Counted from the stretch's first letter, positions 8,914-18,932 are shown. The stretch is 64,000 nt of DNA from an uncultured Acidobacteriota bacterium (GCA_963720925.1 CAVRHE010000011.1:98798-162797), one strand, 5' to 3'. Notes: generated by a model not told the origin, from the letters alone. A program made the numbers and translations.

Positions 8914-10164
8914 CTAAGGCCCACGGGGGTAAGGGATGGCCTGGATCTGCCTGATGGCCGATTTGATGTCGATCGTCGGTGGCCGTTGCGGCCGGGTCCT
9001 CGGGAGTGCCGAGGGGACCGGTCTGGGTGGTGGGTCGGCGTCGAGTTGGCTTCCGTTGGGCCGATAGAAGTCGAGGTGGCCGGGGGTCCCGTCGATACGC
9101 CATCCTCCTTCATGAACCAGGCCGTGATGGTGCCGGCAGAGCATGACCAGGTTGTCGAGGCTGGTGGGACCGCCCTCGGACCAGGGGATGACGTGGTGGA
9201 TGTCACACCAAGGCGCCGGCCGGTCGCATCCGGGGAAGATGCAGTGCAGGTCACGGGCGACGACGGCGATCCGGAGGGCGGGTGTGACCAGTCTCTTGGT
9301 CCGTCCCACGTCGAGAGGTTGGCTGTCGGGACCGAACACGACCCTGGTCAGGCTGGCGTCACAGGAGATCCTCGAAATCTCGTCGGCGGTGAGGAAGGTC
9401 CCAAGCTCTGTCTCGGAGATGCGGGGCTTACCTTCTTCGAACAGGGTTTCGGCGGAGACGTGAACGATGAGGCCGGGCCTCCCTGCGCCGGATTCGACCA
9501 TCTCCATAAGGAGGTCGGCCCGTCGGGCTGCGTTGGTTCGTGTCTCATCCGCGCCCGGGGGACCCGGGTCGAGTCGGGCTGCAAGTCTCTCCCCGGATTC
9601 GATGTCGACCCAGCCGTTGATCCGCATCATGTCGTGATCACGCCGGAGATTCAATGCTCTGGCCTCCCGGACCAATTGGCGTCCCGCGGCGAGGTCGTCA
9701 CGCGCCACCTGATCCAGCCAGTAATCGAGGCGCTTTCTCAAGTTTCGGATGAGGGGGGTGTCCAGGGCGATGCCGACCAGTTCGCTCTCAGCCTCCGTGA
9801 ACTCCTTAGAGGCCCGCCATCTCGCCTCCATCAGCACATCCACCTGAGCTCCCGAGATCAAGCCCTGCTCGAAGGCCAGCGAGACAATGGGCGCCTCGGC
9901 CAGTCCGTTCGCTCGGGCTACCAATCTCTGCGCTTCGCCGGGATGAAGGGACATTCGGTGCTTGAGAAGAGCGGTCATCGAGGTGTAGCCGTCGTGACCG
10001 AATGCCTTGATCTGATTGGCCCGGCCGACGAGCCGGGCGATTCGGGCCTCTTCGCGGTCCCGACTGCGAAGCGCCGAAGCCAGTTCATCGACCAGGTCTT
10101 CGGGTGCGGTCAGCTCGAGAAGCGGTTCGGTGGGGAAGTTCGAGGTCTCGAGCACATCGAACAT
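8914..10164 (-). CDS. HNH endonuclease with an N-terminal DUF222 domain (13E12-repeat / REP13E12 family)
   Basis: Intact 416 aa. The HNH motif is CIFPGCDRPAPWCDIHHVIPWSEGGPTSLDNLVMLCRHHHGLVHEGGW. A DUF222-like N-terminal region precedes it. A 416-aa antisense ORF on the + strand is taken to be spurious. Confidence 0.85.
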   Translation of the reverse strand: MFDVLETSNFPTEPLLELTAPEDLVDELASALRSRDREEARIARLVGRANQIKAFGHDGYTSMTALLKHRMSLHPGEAQRLVARANGLAEAPIVSLAFEQGLISGAQVDVLMEARWRASKEFTEAESELVGIALDTPLIRNLRKRLDYWLDQVARDDLAAGRQLVREARALNLRRDHDMMRINGWVDIESGERLAARLDPGPPGADETRTNAARRADLLMEMVESGAGRPGLIVHVSAETLFEEGKPRISETELGTFLTADEISRISCDASLTRVVFGPDSQPLDVGRTKRLVTPALRIAVVARDLHCIFPGCDRPAPWCDIHHVIPWSEGGPTSLDNLVMLCRHHHGLVHEGGWRIDGTPGHLDFYRPNGSQLDADPPPRPVPSALPRTRPQRPPTIDIKSAIRQIQAIPYPRGP

Positions 10165-10249
10165 ATGTTCGATACGCTACCAGGACACGGTGACAAATTC
10201 AATGGATACCTGAGAAGTTTCAGGGATTCTGAATAGAGCCGGACTCGCT

Positions 10250-10645
10250 ATGTTGCGGTCGATGGAACACATCGGGGCCGGGGCCGAAGCGTGGAGCCCG
10301 TCGGGAACAGAGCATTTCACCGGGCTGGTATGGAACCGAAGACTGAGAGATTCCGAGGAAGGCATCACCATGATCGCCGTTCAGTTCGCACCGGGAGCAC
10401 GGAGTGACTGGCACAGTCATCCTGGGGGCCAACTCCTTTACGTGGTCTCCGGGTCGGGGCTCGTTCAGACCGAGGACGGATCGACAGTGCGGATCGCGAC
10501 AGGCGATGTCGTGCACGCACCTCCAGGAGAACGGCATTGGCATGGGGCGGGTATGGATTCGCCATTGATGCATCTCTCGCTGACCAGCGGTGGGCCGACC
10601 GCCTGGGAGGGAAAGGTCACCGACGAGGAATACGGTCGTCACTGA
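10250..10645 (+). CDS. Cupin_2 domain protein
   Basis: Cupin motifs with His ligands (GARSDWHSHPGGQLLYVVSGSGLVQTEDGSTVRIATGDVVHAPPGERHWHGA). It is divergent from the HNH gene and sits in a slightly lower-GC promoter region. Confidence 0.7.
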   Translation: MLRSMEHIGAGAEAWSPSGTEHFTGLVWNRRLRDSEEGITMIAVQFAPGARSDWHSHPGGQLLYVVSGSGLVQTEDGSTVRIATGDVVHAPPGERHWHGAGMDSPLMHLSLTSGGPTAWEGKVTDEEYGRH

Positions 10646-10678
10646 CCTAGTGCCGCCGGTTGTGGCAGCCTTCCCGAT

Positions 10679-12226
10679 GTGACCACCACCAGCGCGCGAA
10701 CCGTCCGACTGGGGGCAACCGATTATCCGGTCGTGCTGCCCAGTCTGCGCGATCCGCGCCTGCATCTGGCCGGCGTCATCATCACCATCCACGTGCTGGG
10801 CCAGGTGGCCCTCGATTTCCGGGTTTCGGTTCCTCAGATCCTCGCCGCCATCCTCGCCTGCGCCGTCATCGAGGTGGCGCTCACCTTTCGTAAGACCAAA
10901 CAGATCGTTTGGCCGGCCAGCGCCATGCTCACCGGCAGCGGTGTCGCCCTGATCCTTCGCATCGTCGGTCAGGAGCGCGGAGACCACTGGACGTTGAACG
11001 GTTGGTACCTGTTCGCCGGGATCGCCGCCCTCTCGTTGCTCACCAAGTACTGGATCCGATATCGAGGCACCCACGTCTTCAACCCATCGAACGTCGGGCT
11101 GGTCGCAGCTTTCCTGGTTCTGGGAAGCGAGGTCATCGAGCCACTGGACTTCTGGTGGGCGCCTCTCGACTTCTGGATGGTCGCCGCTTACGCCGTCATC
11201 CTCGTCGGTGGCGTCCTCATCACCTCCCGCCTCCGCTTGCTCACCCTGGCCGCAGTGTTCTGGCTGACCCTTGCCGTCGGTCTCGGAGTGCTCGCTGCCT
11301 CGGGACACTGCATGACCGCGGCATGGGCTCTCCAACCCGTATGCGGGACCTACTTCTGGTCGGTGATCGTGGCTTCGCCGGAGGTGCTCATCTTCCTGTT
11401 CTTCATGATCACCGACCCCAAGACCATCCCAGAGGGCCGTGCGGCGCGGATTGCGTTTGCAGTGTGCCTGGCACTGGTCTGCACCCTGCTGATGGCGCCG
11501 CAGACCACAGAGTTCGGAGCCAAAGTGGGGTTGCTCGCCGGTCTCGTCGTGATGACACCACTTCGGTTCATCCTCGACCGTGTCTTCAAATCAGACAGGA
11601 TCGAGTCATTGGCCAAGTCGTCGACGAGTCGACCGGTCCGGGCCTTCGCCCCGGGCGCCGTCGTTGGAGCTCTCCTCGTCTTGGTGCCTCTGGCCATCGT
11701 GCTCGCCGGCGCCCCGGCGCGAAGCACTGCTGTGGCCGCCCCGGTCGCGTCTCCGCCGCCCGAGATCGAGATCGACCCGGCACAGCTTCCCGACGTCACC
11801 ATCAGCGCCGAGGCGGCAGCCTTGCAAGGCGAGGTCGACCCGAACGCCGTGGCCCTCGGCCTGGCCCAGGCACTCGCCGTGGAAGCCGAGGCGATCCGTC
11901 GCGCCGACACCTCGCTGTTGCGGTCGGCCGATGACGCGGAGCGGCTCGTCGAGATGGAACGGGTCGTCGAGCAGACGGCGACCAGTGGCGTACATGCAGT
12001 TCCCACCCACACGTTCGACTCGCTTCACGTCGACGTCGCTCCCACCGACGAGACACAGGACGCAGCCAGTCTCGGGCTGGTCGCAAAGGGGACGGTGGAG
12101 ACCATCACCTACGATGCCGCCGGCGTCGAGCAGGCCCGGGGCAGCGAGCCTTTTTCCAAGACGTTCGTCCTGCGGCCTGAGGTCGGGGACAGATGGCTGA
12201 TCGTCGCGGAGGTGGAGGATGGCTGA
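10679..12226 (+). CDS. Stand-alone NqrB/RnfD-family polytopic membrane protein (putative covalently flavinylated subunit-like protein). It has an extra TM helix and an extracytoplasmic C-terminal domain of about 170 aa.
   Basis: Two hallmark RnfD/NqrB motifs are present: HVFNPSNVGLVAAF (compare GQNPFNPA) and FLFFMITDPKTIP (compare ILTDPVT, whose Thr carries FMN in NqrB/RnfD). About 8 TM helices are followed by a helix VVGALLVLVPLAIVLAG and a soluble domain. No other rnf/nqr genes are nearby. Confidence 0.55.
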   Translation: MTTTSARTVRLGATDYPVVLPSLRDPRLHLAGVIITIHVLGQVALDFRVSVPQILAAILACAVIEVALTFRKTKQIVWPASAMLTGSGVALILRIVGQERGDHWTLNGWYLFAGIAALSLLTKYWIRYRGTHVFNPSNVGLVAAFLVLGSEVIEPLDFWWAPLDFWMVAAYAVILVGGVLITSRLRLLTLAAVFWLTLAVGLGVLAASGHCMTAAWALQPVCGTYFWSVIVASPEVLIFLFFMITDPKTIPEGRAARIAFAVCLALVCTLLMAPQTTEFGAKVGLLAGLVVMTPLRFILDRVFKSDRIESLAKSSTSRPVRAFAPGAVVGALLVLVPLAIVLAGAPARSTAVAAPVASPPPEIEIDPAQLPDVTISAEAAALQGEVDPNAVALGLAQALAVEAEAIRRADTSLLRSADDAERLVEMERVVEQTATSGVHAVPTHTFDSLHVDVAPTDETQDAASLGLVAKGTVETITYDAAGVEQARGSEPFSKTFVLRPEVGDRWLIVAEVEDG

Positions 12227-13405
12227 CAACCCGGTGATCACCATGCTTGGGCGCAGGCTCCGTCTGGCGGTCATTGGCGGCGGCCCGGGAAGCTTCATTG
12301 GGGACATGCATCGATCTGCCGCGCGTCTCGATGACCGTTATGAGTTGGTCGCCGGTGCCCTCTCTTCAGACCCGGAGCGCTCTCGCGCCGCCGGGGTCGG
12401 GCTCGGTATCGTCGAAGATCGGGCATATCCGGCCGCCATCGCCCTGCTCGAGGCTGAGGCCGCCCGGGCCGACGGCGCTGACGTGATCTCGATCATGACT
12501 CCCAACGACAGTCATCACGAGTACGCAGCGGCCGCCCTCGATCTCGGCTTCGACGTCATCTGTGACAAGCCGATCACCAACACGCTGGAGGAGGCACTCG
12601 ATCTGGTCAAGCGGGTGGAGCAGACCGGTCTCGTCTTTTGCCTAACCCACAACTACACCGGGTACTCGTTGGTCCGCCAGGCGAAAGCCATGGTCGCCGA
12701 CGGCCAATTGGGGGAGATCCGGCTCGTTCAGGTCGAATACGTCCAGGGTGGAAAGGCGAGCGAGAACGATCCAGATCCGGCCGGCGGGCTTCCGTGGCGA
12801 TACGACCCGGTGCGGGGTGGCCCGTCGTTGGTGATGGGGGACATCGGGACACATGCCCACAACCTGGCTCGATTCATCACGGGTCTCGAGGTGACCGAGG
12901 TCGCCGCCGAGGTCGGTGCCATCGTTCCCGGACGACTCGTCCATGACTACGCCGGGGCCTGCTTCGATTCGAGAACGGAGCCCGGGGATCGTTCTGGGTC
13001 ACCCAAGCTGCGGCAGGAGTCGAGAACGCGCTACGGATACGGGTCTCCGGGACCCGGGGCAGCGTCGAATGGCACCAGGAGCAGCCGATGCGTCTCCTCT
13101 TCACCCCATTGGCGGGCCCAGCGGAGTGGCGAACCCCAAACGGGCCGGGAACACTTCCCCTCGCCGCCCGCTCCACACGGATCGTCGCCGGACATCCGGA
13201 GGCCTTCCTGGAGGCGTTCGCCAACATCTACTCCGATGCGGCCGAGGCGATCGCGGCACGGCGCAGCGGCACCACACCCGACCCGCTGGCCCTCTATTTC
13301 CCCAACGCCATCGACGGTGCCGTCGGTCTCCGTTTCGTCGAAGCGGTCATCACCTCGAGCCAGGAAGGCGGCGTCTGGACCGACGCCACCCCAGACTTCC
13401 TCTAG
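12219..13405 (+). pseudogene. Gfo/Idh/MocA-family NAD(P)-dependent oxidoreductase with one frameshift near 12958, a missing C in a C-run.
   Basis: The N-terminal Rossmann part (LRLAVIGGGPGSFIGDMHRSAA...CDKPITNTLEEALDLV) is in frame 0. The C-terminal part (LLRFENGARGSFWVTQAAAGVENALRIRVSGTRGSVEWHQ...HPEAFLEAFANIYSDAAEAI) is in frame 2. The two parts are collinear. Confidence 0.8.
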
Positions 13406-14780
13406 CCGGTCATCGTCATGGCCCGGTCGGGCCGGAGCAGGAACGGTGGGAGGTAGCCGGGGATGTTGGAGAAGGGGAGCACATCCGGGTGCAGGTCGAT
13501 GCCGAGGGAATCCCTCATGAACTCACGCCGGGCCGATATGCGCCGCCACGCGTCCGGATAGCGATCGGCCATTCTCTCCCGCAACGACTCGTCCGCCAGA
13601 GCGATGCCGTCCTCGATGTTGGTGGTGAAGTATTCGGTGCCCGTTGCCGGGATGATGTCGACCTGAAGTGCCATACCCGAGGCCAGCTCGATGTCGGATC
13701 CGGCGACCGACGGGTGAGTTCACCCACTCGTCGAGATGTGATCTGATGACCCGGGTTGAGGAAGATGCCGAAGAACGGGTCACCGAGATGCCGGTCGATG
13801 ATCTCCTGGAGTGCCCCGCCCTTCTGACCGACATGGAGCGCTTCGTACCACTCGGCCACCGCCTCGAAATAGGGAGCGACCAGACGATCGACATAGTCGT
13901 CGATTTCTTCCGGCAGGTCATCGGGGCCTTCCGCCACGAACCCGGCTCGGCAGTTGAGGGCGCCCCAGATCCCGAAGGCGACGGTGAACCGGTCACCGCG
14001 CTCGATGGGCCGGTCGCCGGGGCTGAGCAAACCAAGAGACGCCCTGGGGCCGGCGGTCAGCATCAGGTGACACGAGAGCGGTGTCCCGTTCCATTCGAGC
14101 AGCCGGACCGCCTCTTGCTCGGTCAGGCCAGGGCGGAGCCCCTCGAGGACACGACGCACGCCGCTCGAGGTGTGACAGGCGGCCCACTCGTAGTAGGCGA
14201 GCTGGTCGACTTCGTTGACCACGCGGAGCCCGTCGGCCGCGCCGATGAGGATGTCCGCGGCATTTTCGACTGCGCCCTCCGACCCGGCGAGGCGGCGAAG
14301 CTCGTCGACGATGAAGGCGGGGAGGTCGATGATCCCGCTGTCTTCGAACACCTTCCATCCCACCACGCCGACCCTGCTTCCGGCGACTATCCCTTCCTGT
14401 CCCAGAATCTCGCCTAGGGGCAGAGACCGGTCGCGGGGCTGGCTGGGCAAACTGAAGTCCTGGTAGAGATGCCGCCGCATGGCGAGGGGAGCGGCGCCCG
14501 CCATTCCCCAGCACTCGTTTCCTACGAGGATCGCCGGCTCATGGTCATCGCCTACGACCAGGAGGGCCTCTTCGAACCTGGGGTCGAACCCGGTGAGGTA
14601 AGAGAGATTGGCGCTGTGCTCGCGGTCGGCGTACACCACAACCCGGTCGAATCCCCGCTCAGCTGCTCGCACGCGCAGACGCTCCATGCGATCTTGGTAG
14701 ATCGAGTCGGAGATGACCGGCATCGCATCGGGCATACCGAAATCCGGCAGCTCCACCTCGGTGAGACTGGCCCCGCTCAT
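13402..14780 (-). pseudogene. M24-family metallopeptidase (Xaa-Pro aminopeptidase / creatinase-like) with about two frameshifts near the 3' end (around 13690-13735).
   Basis: The N-terminal creatinase-like region and the pita-bread core are in one frame (…FGIWGALNCRAGFVAEG…GIFLNPGHQI). The C-terminus (ALQVDIIPATGTEYFTTNIEDGIALADESLRERMADRYPDAW...) is in another frame. Confidence 0.7.
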
Positions 14781-14784
14781 GACT

Positions 14785-16437
14785 TCATCCGTTCGGGTCG
14801 AAGGCGACTGCACGGTCGGCGTCACGCTCGATGATCGTCAGTTGGTTCGTGCTCACGTTGAGCCACCGCCCCTTCTCGCCATCAGGCCACTGCACCCGAA
14901 CCTCAACGCTATCCGCATCTCCGGCGCCGAAGTGGGCCCAACCCAGTTGCCCGCCGGCGTGCCCCCCACCCACGGTGACCTCTCGCTGCACCACGCGGTT
15001 CCCGACCTTCACCTCGATCCAGGACCCGATGCCGTCGACGTTTGGCGCCGGCTGCTGCAATCGGATTCCGACCCAATTCCCCATCGCCACAGGGGAGGCG
15101 GCGTCACCCCATCCGACGTTCCGCCAGAGCTTGATCTTCTCGCGCCGGTTCACCTCGACCAGATCGAGCATGCCATCGAGATTGAAGTCGGCGAGAGCGG
15201 CGCCCCGTGATCGAGCGAAGTCCACGATCCCGGCCTCCTCCGCCATCTCGGTGAAGCTCCCATCCGGGTTGGCGATGAGGAGGTTGTTGGGATCCCTGAC
15301 CGCATAGCCAGGCTGTGCCTCGACATTCCCTTTGGACACGAACAGGTCGACGAGGGTGTCGTTGTTGACGTCTTGGAACTCGGGATGCCAGGCAGTCGAG
15401 GGTGCCGCTGTGTCGCCAACATACGGTCGATGGGCGGTCAGCCCGCGCTCAAAGGCGATGTCGATGTAATTGGGCTGTGTCGGCCCATCCGCCAGGGTCT
15501 GCAACTTGTTGTCGCCCTGACTGGTGAGGAAGAACTCGGGGAGCCCGTCGCCGGTCACGTCGTGGCCGGCGATGCCCATCCCCCAGATCTGCATCGGCTG
15601 CCATCCCTCCTCTTCGGTGTACAGATCAGGGGCTTCGTCTGGCGAAATGCGCCAAAGCTGTTCCTGTCCGTTCCGGTAATAGTGCTGGTCGTTGGTCATG
15701 CGTAGATCACGACGACCCGATCGGTCCCAGTCGCTGAACAGGACCGACAAGGTGCACCAGCCCGGGGACAGGGTGATCGGCTCGACGTATCGATCGCCTT
15801 CGGGTCGGTACAAATAGTGGTCGGCGCAGGTACCGGACAGCTGGCCGTCCTCTGCCAGGTAATTGCCGAAGGCGAGCGTTGGCATCGCGCCATCGCCCTC
15901 CCACGTGGCGCTGAAGCCAACGGTCCAGTCATCCCGTGCGTCGAGGGACCAAGTCTCGTTGGCCCGCTCGAACGTGCAGTCCCCCCGCCCACGAAGCAAG
16001 ACGTCTTCGCCGAATCTGAGCACCGCCAGATCGGCGTGTTGGTCACTGTCGATGTCCAGCGGGTAGGCCCCGGTCACTCCGGTGAGATTGCTGGAGGGCC
16101 CATCCAGCAATTGTCCGAATCGAAGGGCTCCACCGATCGCACTGTCATTGTGATAGAGCCCGCTGGGATTGGTGCCTCCCGCCATGTATAGGTCGGAAAG
16201 TCCGTCTTCATCACAGTCGAGCACTGCGACGCCACCGCCGACGAAATACTCGAACTCGCCGTCGTACACATGGTCGACGCCTGATTCCGCTGATTCGTCG
16301 ACGAATCGGGGAGGTGGCGACGCGGCATCGGGCAGGTCGGATCCGAAGACGGCCACGGCTCCCGTTGCGAGCGCGCCGGCGATGACTGCCCCGGCTGCCA
16401 CACCGATGACGAGCCAGGCCCAGGCCCGGGCTGTCAT
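14785..16437 (-). CDS. CRTAC1-family / ASPIC-UnbV protein with FG-GAP/VCBS-like repeats. It is secreted or membrane-anchored.
   Basis: Intact, about 550 aa. An N-terminal hydrophobic anchor (WAWLVIGVAAGAVIAGALATGAVAVFG) is followed by repeated D-x-D-x-DG calcium-binding-like motifs (LDCDEDGLSDLYMAGG, DIDSDQHADLAV, DVNNDTLVDLFV, ADFNLDGMLDLVEVN). The C-terminus is UnbV_ASPIC-like. Confidence 0.65.
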   Translation of the reverse strand: MTARAWAWLVIGVAAGAVIAGALATGAVAVFGSDLPDAASPPPRFVDESAESGVDHVYDGEFEYFVGGGVAVLDCDEDGLSDLYMAGGTNPSGLYHNDSAIGGALRFGQLLDGPSSNLTGVTGAYPLDIDSDQHADLAVLRFGEDVLLRGRGDCTFERANETWSLDARDDWTVGFSATWEGDGAMPTLAFGNYLAEDGQLSGTCADHYLYRPEGDRYVEPITLSPGWCTLSVLFSDWDRSGRRDLRMTNDQHYYRNGQEQLWRISPDEAPDLYTEEEGWQPMQIWGMGIAGHDVTGDGLPEFFLTSQGDNKLQTLADGPTQPNYIDIAFERGLTAHRPYVGDTAAPSTAWHPEFQDVNNDTLVDLFVSKGNVEAQPGYAVRDPNNLLIANPDGSFTEMAEEAGIVDFARSRGAALADFNLDGMLDLVEVNRREKIKLWRNVGWGDAASPVAMGNWVGIRLQQPAPNVDGIGSWIEVKVGNRVVQREVTVGGGHAGGQLGWAHFGAGDADSVEVRVQWPDGEKGRWLNVSTNQLTIIERDADRAVAFDPNG

Positions 16438-16508
16438 GTTTGCCCCTCGTGGGTCGGCTCGACACAATGCCGCATGGGCAGATTGTGTCGAATGGAGGAG
16501 GCTATGAG

Positions 16509-17504
16509 GTGACGGACCCCGTCAGGTGGGGTGTGCTCGGCTGCGCCGACATCGCGGTGAGGAAGGTGATACCCGCGATGAACGGGTCGGAGTTGAGCTT
16601 TGTCACCGCCATCGCTTCGCGATCCTCGGAGCGGGCCCGGGCCACGGCAGACACCCTGGGCATTCCCCGATCCTACGGAAGCTACGAGGAACTGCTTAAT
16701 GACCCTGACATAGAGGCGGTCTACATCCCGTTGCCCAACCATCTCCATCCGGACTGGGCAATTGCTTCGGCCGAGGCGGGCAAGCACGTCCTGTGTGAGA
16801 AACCACTCGCCACGAGTAGCTCGGTGGCCAAGCAGATGATCCACGCGGCGGAGCGATCCGGTGTGAAGCTCATGGAAGCTTTCATGTACCGCCTCCATCC
16901 GCTCTGGATCGAGGTCCGCCGGCTCCTTGCCGAAGGAGCCGTGGGTGAGCTGCGCGCCATCCAGTCGTTCTTCTCCTATCACAACATCGACCCCGACGAC
17001 ATCCGGAACCGAGTCGACGCCGGCGGTGGATCTCTTCACGACATCGGTTGCTACCCGGTCAATGTCGCCCGAATGCTCTTCGATGCCGAGCCTTCCGACG
17101 TGATCGCCACCATTCGCAGGGATCCCGAGTTCGGCACCGATGTGCTGACTTCCGTGATGCTCGACTTCGATGGCCGCCATGCGGCTTTCACTTGCTCGAC
17201 CCAATTGGAGGACGACCAGAGAGTCCACATCTATGGGACGGCCGGTCGTCTCGTGGTGGAGATCCCGTTCAACATCCCGCCGGATCGTCCGACCCGGGTC
17301 CTGTTGGTGTCCGGTGGGGACCCCCCGGTCGACCCCAATGTGGTGGTTCATCAGGTTCCTGCGGCCGACCAGTACCGGGTGCAGGCGGACGCGTTCTCTC
17401 GCGCCATCCGTGACGACACACCGGTGCCAACTCCACCCCAGGACGCCCTAGCCAATATCGAGGTCATGGAGCGAATCTTCGCGGACGCCGCCGCGCGAGC
17501 CTGA
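16509..17504 (+). CDS. Gfo/Idh/MocA-family oxidoreductase. The start is uncertain: GTG 16509 after a GGAGGAGG site, or ATG 16467.
   Basis: Rossmann N-terminus (VRWGVLGCADIAVRKVIPAMNGSE...EAVYIPLPNHLHPDWAIASAEAGKHVLCEKP). The C-terminal domain is intact. Confidence 0.8.
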   Translation: MTDPVRWGVLGCADIAVRKVIPAMNGSELSFVTAIASRSSERARATADTLGIPRSYGSYEELLNDPDIEAVYIPLPNHLHPDWAIASAEAGKHVLCEKPLATSSSVAKQMIHAAERSGVKLMEAFMYRLHPLWIEVRRLLAEGAVGELRAIQSFFSYHNIDPDDIRNRVDAGGGSLHDIGCYPVNVARMLFDAEPSDVIATIRRDPEFGTDVLTSVMLDFDGRHAAFTCSTQLEDDQRVHIYGTAGRLVVEIPFNIPPDRPTRVLLVSGGDPPVDPNVVVHQVPAADQYRVQADAFSRAIRDDTPVPTPPQDALANIEVMERIFADAAARA

Positions 17505-18798
17505 GCCGGGTCACGCCGGACCGGGCGCGAGTGTGTCCAGCCGGGTCGGCGATGACCTCCGAGATGGCCAGCTCCGCCGCGCCGATCAGAGGGGCATCGG
17601 GCCCGAGCCCGCTGGCCGCGATATCGGCGATGTCACCCGGGGCGTCGAGTGCGCCGAGACGGGCGCCTTCGAAGACTGCTTTCTCCAGGAACGGGAAGAG
17701 AGGGTGATAGAACCCGCCGAGCACGACCAGTTGCGGGTTGAAGACGTTGATCAGGTTGCCGATCCCCAACCCGAGCCATCGCCCGATCTCGGCGAGGGCA
17801 TCGAGAGTCTTCTGGTCGCCGGCATCGGCCCTGGCGACGATCGTGTCCACGAGGCTCAGCCCGGTGACATTCGACGGGATCCCGGCGAGACGGGCCAGAG
17901 CTGCTTCTCCGGCTTCCGTCTCCCAGCAGCCGGTCGCGCCGCAGCGACAGAGATGACCGTCGGGGCTGATCAGGGTGTGCCCCGCCTCGCCCGCGTAGCC
18001 GGCCACCCCCAACATTGGCTTCCCGTCGTGGATGATCCCGGCGCCGATTCCGGCCTCACCCGAGATGTAGATGAGATGGGGTACCCCGGCACCCACTCCG
18101 CGCCGGAACTCGGCGAGGGCGCCGAGGTCGGCTTCGTTGGCGACGAGGACCGGGTCGCTCAGCCCCAGGGCGGTGGCGAGCATGTCACCGAGGGCCACGT
18201 TCCTCCAGCCGAGGTTGGGGGCGAGCTGGACGAACCCGTCGGATCTCCGGGTGACCCCGGCGACACCGACGCCGACCCCGGTCAGGATCGAGTCGGCGGG
18301 CAGTCCTCCCAGCAGCTCGCCGGACAGGCCGGCGACGACTTCGACCGTCTCGGCCGCCGACTCGCCACGGGGCCGCGCCACCCGGACTTGTTCGTAGACA
18401 TGACCACCGAGGCCAACCGTGGCGACTGCCACCGAGTCGACCGACAACTCGATCGATAGAACCACGGCGCCCTGGGGCCGGGTGCTCACCATTGGGGAGG
18501 GCCGTCCCGGACCCGAGGGGGCGACCGCCGGGCCCTCCTCGACGAGGCCGAGGTTGGTCAGCTCGCCGATGAGGTCGGCGATGGTGGAGCGGTTGAGCCC
18601 GGTGGTGGCAGTCAGCTCGGAGCGAGAGACCGGTCCGTGAAGGTGGAGGCTCTCCAGGACCACCGCCAGATTGTGGCGGCGCAGCTCGTCGGCGGCGACG
18701 CCCTTGGGCCGGTGATGGGCATCCCTCCCGGCCGTTATCTGGGTGCGGTTCAAGTGTCTCCCGGGAGGCCTGTTGGGTGCTGGGACCTTATGCCGCAA
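17464..18798 (-). CDS. ROK-family transcriptional regulator (XylR/NagC-like). It is divergent from the sugar ABC operon.
   Basis: N-terminal wHTH (RRHNLAVVLESLHLHGPVSRSELTATTGLNRSTIADLIGEL). ROK sugar-kinase-like core with the CxCGxxGC zinc motif (CRCGATGCWE). The true start is probably downstream of 18798, for example GTG about 18699 or TTG about 18753, because a palindrome overlaps the maximal ORF start. Confidence 0.8.
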   Translation of the reverse strand: MRHKVPAPNRPPGRHLNRTQITAGRDAHHRPKGVAADELRRHNLAVVLESLHLHGPVSRSELTATTGLNRSTIADLIGELTNLGLVEEGPAVAPSGPGRPSPMVSTRPQGAVVLSIELSVDSVAVATVGLGGHVYEQVRVARPRGESAAETVEVVAGLSGELLGGLPADSILTGVGVGVAGVTRRSDGFVQLAPNLGWRNVALGDMLATALGLSDPVLVANEADLGALAEFRRGVGAGVPHLIYISGEAGIGAGIIHDGKPMLGVAGYAGEAGHTLISPDGHLCRCGATGCWETEAGEAALARLAGIPSNVTGLSLVDTIVARADAGDQKTLDALAEIGRWLGLGIGNLINVFNPQLVVLGGFYHPLFPFLEKAVFEGARLGALDAPGDIADIAASGLGPDAPLIGAAELAISEVIADPAGHTRARSGVTRLRLARRRPRRFAP

Positions 18799-18808
18799 TT
18801 TGTTGCGG
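18793..18808. promoter_or_regulatory. Perfect 6-4-6 inverted repeat CCGCAAtttgTTGCGG. It is a candidate operator for the adjacent ROK regulator.
   Basis: Seen directly in the divergent intergenic region between the ROK regulator and the xylF-like gene. Confidence 0.4.
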
Positions 18809-18887
18809 GGTCAAACATATGACGGTTATGCTCGCATCGGTCGGCGTGGGGTCGTTATGGCCGTTCGCGTCGACTCGTACGGATATT

Positions 18888-18909
18888 TGCCAACCCTTCG
18901 GGGTGGCAA
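18888..18909. promoter_or_regulatory. Near-palindrome TTGCCAACCCttcgGGGTGGCAA just upstream of the xylF-like RBS. It is a second candidate operator or hairpin.
   Basis: Seen in sequence 24-45 nt upstream of ATG 18933. Confidence 0.3.
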
Positions 18910-18932
18910 CCGGAGGAGGAAGGAACAACAAG

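Noticed and set aside
8986-10236. 416-aa ORF on the + strand exactly opposite the HNH endonuclease gene
   Set aside because: It has no recognisable domains, an Arg/Gly/Pro-rich composition and a high-GC antisense reading frame. The minus-strand product has an unambiguous HNH motif.
10220-11335. 371-aa minus-strand ORF across the cupin and NqrB-like genes
   Set aside because: It is antisense to two well-supported + strand genes. Its Asp/Gly/Arg-rich composition is typical of spurious GC-rich ORFs.
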